From the NCBI GenBank assembly GCA_029856365.1, contig JAHQWW010000010.1, positions 1 to 64,000 of the forward strand: a stretch of DNA of 64,000 nt, given 5' to 3'. Below, piece by piece: positions 61,895-64,000 of this stretch. Both the position numbers and the translations under genes were made by a program. Origin of the DNA: Candidatus Hodarchaeota archaeon. Its GTDB lineage: Archaea > Asgardarchaeota > Heimdallarchaeia > Hodarchaeales > Hodarchaeaceae. Position 1 is the first letter of the stretch. Each line of letters opens with the position of its first letter. A model generated the notes under the pieces. The model made no database searches. It was not told where the DNA came from and saw only the letters and a program-made list of their open reading frames with translations.

Positions 61895-62044
61895 TATCTC
61901 CTAATCTATTCTAGTAATAGATGTTTATCTAGTTAATTAAAACTCCTCCTTTTCCGATCTGATTCGATTATTATCTTGAATTTACTGCGTATCACACGAA
62001 TTTATAAACATCGAGAACCATATAAAGTAGCGGAGCCATTTTAA

Positions 62045-62185
62045 TTGAAATCAAAAAGCTTTTTTCAACATACAACTCATTGTCTTCATCAATTAGTACG
62101 TAGTACGCTCCCAGAAGAAGAATCAAAAGAAATTTATCGGTGTATTCGATGTGGCTGTGCATTCAAGGTTGAAAAAATCTCATAA
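62045..62185 (+). CDS. Putative 46-aa zinc-ribbon microprotein
   Basis: GGAG RBS and TTG start; MKSKSFFQHTTHCLHQLVRSTLPEEESKEIYRCIRCGCAFKVEKIS* (CxH...CxxCG). Confidence 0.6.
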   Translation: MKSKSFFQHTTHCLHQLVRSTLPEEESKEIYRCIRCGCAFKVEKIS

Positions 62186-62289
62186 ATGATCTCAAACAGA
62201 ATAACAGGGAAATTAAACGAAGCACCAGTACAATAGTGATTATTTATTTAAAAAATTTCATTGGGGAGCCAAATAAGAAATATCATTCT

Positions 62290-63105
62290 CTATGTAAGGT
62301 CAACCAAGGATCCTATTTTTTCGATGGAATCCTCCAAATTCTCCATTCTATCAATGGTAAGAATTAAGGCATTTTGAGGACAAACAGCAACACACCTCCC
62401 ACATCCTCTACACATTTCACTAATTACAGCTTGTTCATTGACAATGCTAATTGCATGGACGAAACAGATTTCTATACAAGTGCCACACGCAATACATGCG
62501 TCTCCCACAGTGACAGTTACACCAGGCATTTTGGTTACTTTTGAGGAAATTTTCTTAGACACATGTGGCAGGATTCGCCAGAGACAACAACAATCACAAC
62601 AATTGCACACAGTAAGAAGTTTATTACCTGGGCCAATTTTAAGCCAAAAAGTATCAAGTTTGTTTCTCCCTACTAAATGTACTAATCCTGCTTCTCTGCA
62701 CATCTTTGCATGGTTTAATGCTTCTTCCTTGGTTACTTTTCTTCCAAGTTTTGGATCTATCTTCATTGCAGCTTCACCAAGAAATAAACATCCTAAATCT
62801 ATCGGATAATTCTTGCACGAAGAAGCAGAACGACATATACACCAATCCATAATCCAATGATAATTTGCTTCTTTGATGAAATGCTCAAGGACACTTGATG
62901 GAACAACCATTTCAGCATATTCTATTTCTCTATCGATCTTGATTGTACTTACTTCATCCTTAGGCAGGTAAATGATATCATCATTTTGGAATAACATGTA
63001 ATCCATAGTTCTTCCGAGAAGTGGTATCTTTGTGAACCTAGCAAAAAAAGTTCTGAGTGGAAATCCTTTCTTTAACAACCAGATGAACAATCTTGAACGG
63101 GGCAT
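62290..63105 (-). CDS. Cys-rich 4Fe-4S binding protein
   Basis: CICR..C..YP..GC; CNCCDCCC; two ferredoxin motifs at the C-terminus. Confidence 0.85.
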   Translation of the reverse strand: MPRSRLFIWLLKKGFPLRTFFARFTKIPLLGRTMDYMLFQNDDIIYLPKDEVSTIKIDREIEYAEMVVPSSVLEHFIKEANYHWIMDWCICRSASSCKNYPIDLGCLFLGEAAMKIDPKLGRKVTKEEALNHAKMCREAGLVHLVGRNKLDTFWLKIGPGNKLLTVCNCCDCCCLWRILPHVSKKISSKVTKMPGVTVTVGDACIACGTCIEICFVHAISIVNEQAVISEMCRGCGRCVAVCPQNALILTIDRMENLEDSIEKIGSLVDLT

Positions 63106-63153
63106 GTGTTTAGTCCTTCCTAGATCGGTTTATGACACATCTTATTTATGATA

Positions 63154-63660
63154 TTAAGTTTCTCTACCAAAACTCCATTTTACGATTTTTTCACCATCAT
63201 ACAGGAATTTTGCCTCAACGATTTCTTGTGTTTCGAGTATTTTGGGGGTGAAAATCTTATCTCCCTCCCACATCTTCCCATAAGGAATTTCATTGATGGG
63301 TACCCATAAGAGTTTACCCTCAGGGTTCTCAAATTCGAGTTTTTCTGTTACTTGAACATAATATAAGAATACTAACCAGTTAAATGCTGGTAGATCCTCA
63401 TTGATTTTATCGCGATGGATTTCATCAAAATAAATGTACCCTCTAAATTCAACCTCTAGAGGTGAAAGGGTGTATCCTGTTTCTTCTTTTAACTCACGCA
63501 AAATACAGTTAAGAGGAGTCTCACCTAATTCAAGACGTCCCCCAATACCAATATATTTTCCTTCATGGAAATCATCCTCCTTTTTATTCCGAAAAAGTAA
63601 GAGAACTTCTTTGTTGTTACAAACAATATATGCTAATGTAGCTAATTTGTGGCTGACCAA
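63154..63660 (-). CDS. Nudix hydrolase (MutT/8-oxo-dGTPase-like)
   Basis: GGRLELGETPLNCILRELKEETG Nudix box; MWEGD. Confidence 0.9.
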   Translation of the reverse strand: MVSHKLATLAYIVCNNKEVLLLFRNKKEDDFHEGKYIGIGGRLELGETPLNCILRELKEETGYTLSPLEVEFRGYIYFDEIHRDKINEDLPAFNWLVFLYYVQVTEKLEFENPEGKLLWVPINEIPYGKMWEGDKIFTPKILETQEIVEAKFLYDGEKIVKWSFGRET

Positions 63661-63909
63661 TTTTCCAACTCTCCAAGTAATTCTATTTATTGGGATTTTC
63701 GGTCATTTGAGGAACATATCATCGTCAAAATGTAGGGTTTCTAATTCTTACTGTGAGATTTTCTGGTTATATCAACTTTTATTCCAATGTAATGGCGAAA
63801 AATATTTGTAAATTTTTAATTTATTCCCTCTATAATAAAAATCCTTCTTATAGGGAAAAATTCGAACCCTGGAGGTCAAACAACGAAATCTAGTGTTTCT
63901 CATGATGAT

Positions 63910-64000
63910 TTGAGAATCAGAATTCGAACTGGAACGATCGAAGATGCAGGCAGATTCAACGAGATAGAAGAAGCCTGTTTTCCAAGTAAGTTACGCTATG
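63910..64000 (+). CDS. N-terminal part of a RimI-like GNAT acetyltransferase (runs off the window)
   Basis: LRIRIRTGTIEDAGRFNEIEEACFP matches the IR....D....IE..CF GNAT N-terminus. Confidence 0.5.
   Translation, partial: MRIRIRTGTIEDAGRFNEIEEACFPSKLRY

Noticed and set aside
257-63811. Numerous 60-126 aa ORFs antisense to or nested in long genes (e.g. 10341-10691, 34290-34670, 38260-38589, 62438-62809, 63434-63811)
   Set aside because: They overlap well-supported genes and show no motifs; these are shadow ORFs.

Overview
AT-rich, gene-dense chromosomal segment, most likely from an Asgard archaeon. Heimdallarchaeia/Hodarchaeales-like is an inference from archaeal aIF-1A and HisRS plus eukaryotic-signature-like proteins: two Rab-like GTPases, a longin-roadblock protein, a DENN-like protein, a HEAT + mu-homology-like protein and long TPR solenoids. 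No rRNA, tRNA, CRISPR array, integrase or transposase was recognised. Housekeeping genes include hisS, glgA, a GH57 enzyme, tmk, aIF-1A, BCP peroxiredoxin, a Nudix hydrolase and transporters. The most notable observations are: (1) a surface-protein/receptor/TPR operon with a shared transmembrane motif and a TPR apparently split between two genes; (2) a recombination-scarred 8.5-11.7 kb patch with a displaced, diverged copy of a neighbouring gene's 3' end and a cluster of Xer/attC-like core sites; (3) a methyltransferase + non-canonical HgcA-like corrinoid protein + ferredoxin operon; (4) an 8-gene zinc-ribbon/PrsW/MoxR membrane operon; (5) a circularly permuted cofactor-independent phosphoglycerate mutase with altered substrate loops; (6) a concentration of proto-trafficking modules at 43-57 kb; (7) several unannotated microproteins. 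All family assignments are by motif recognition only; no database searches were run.
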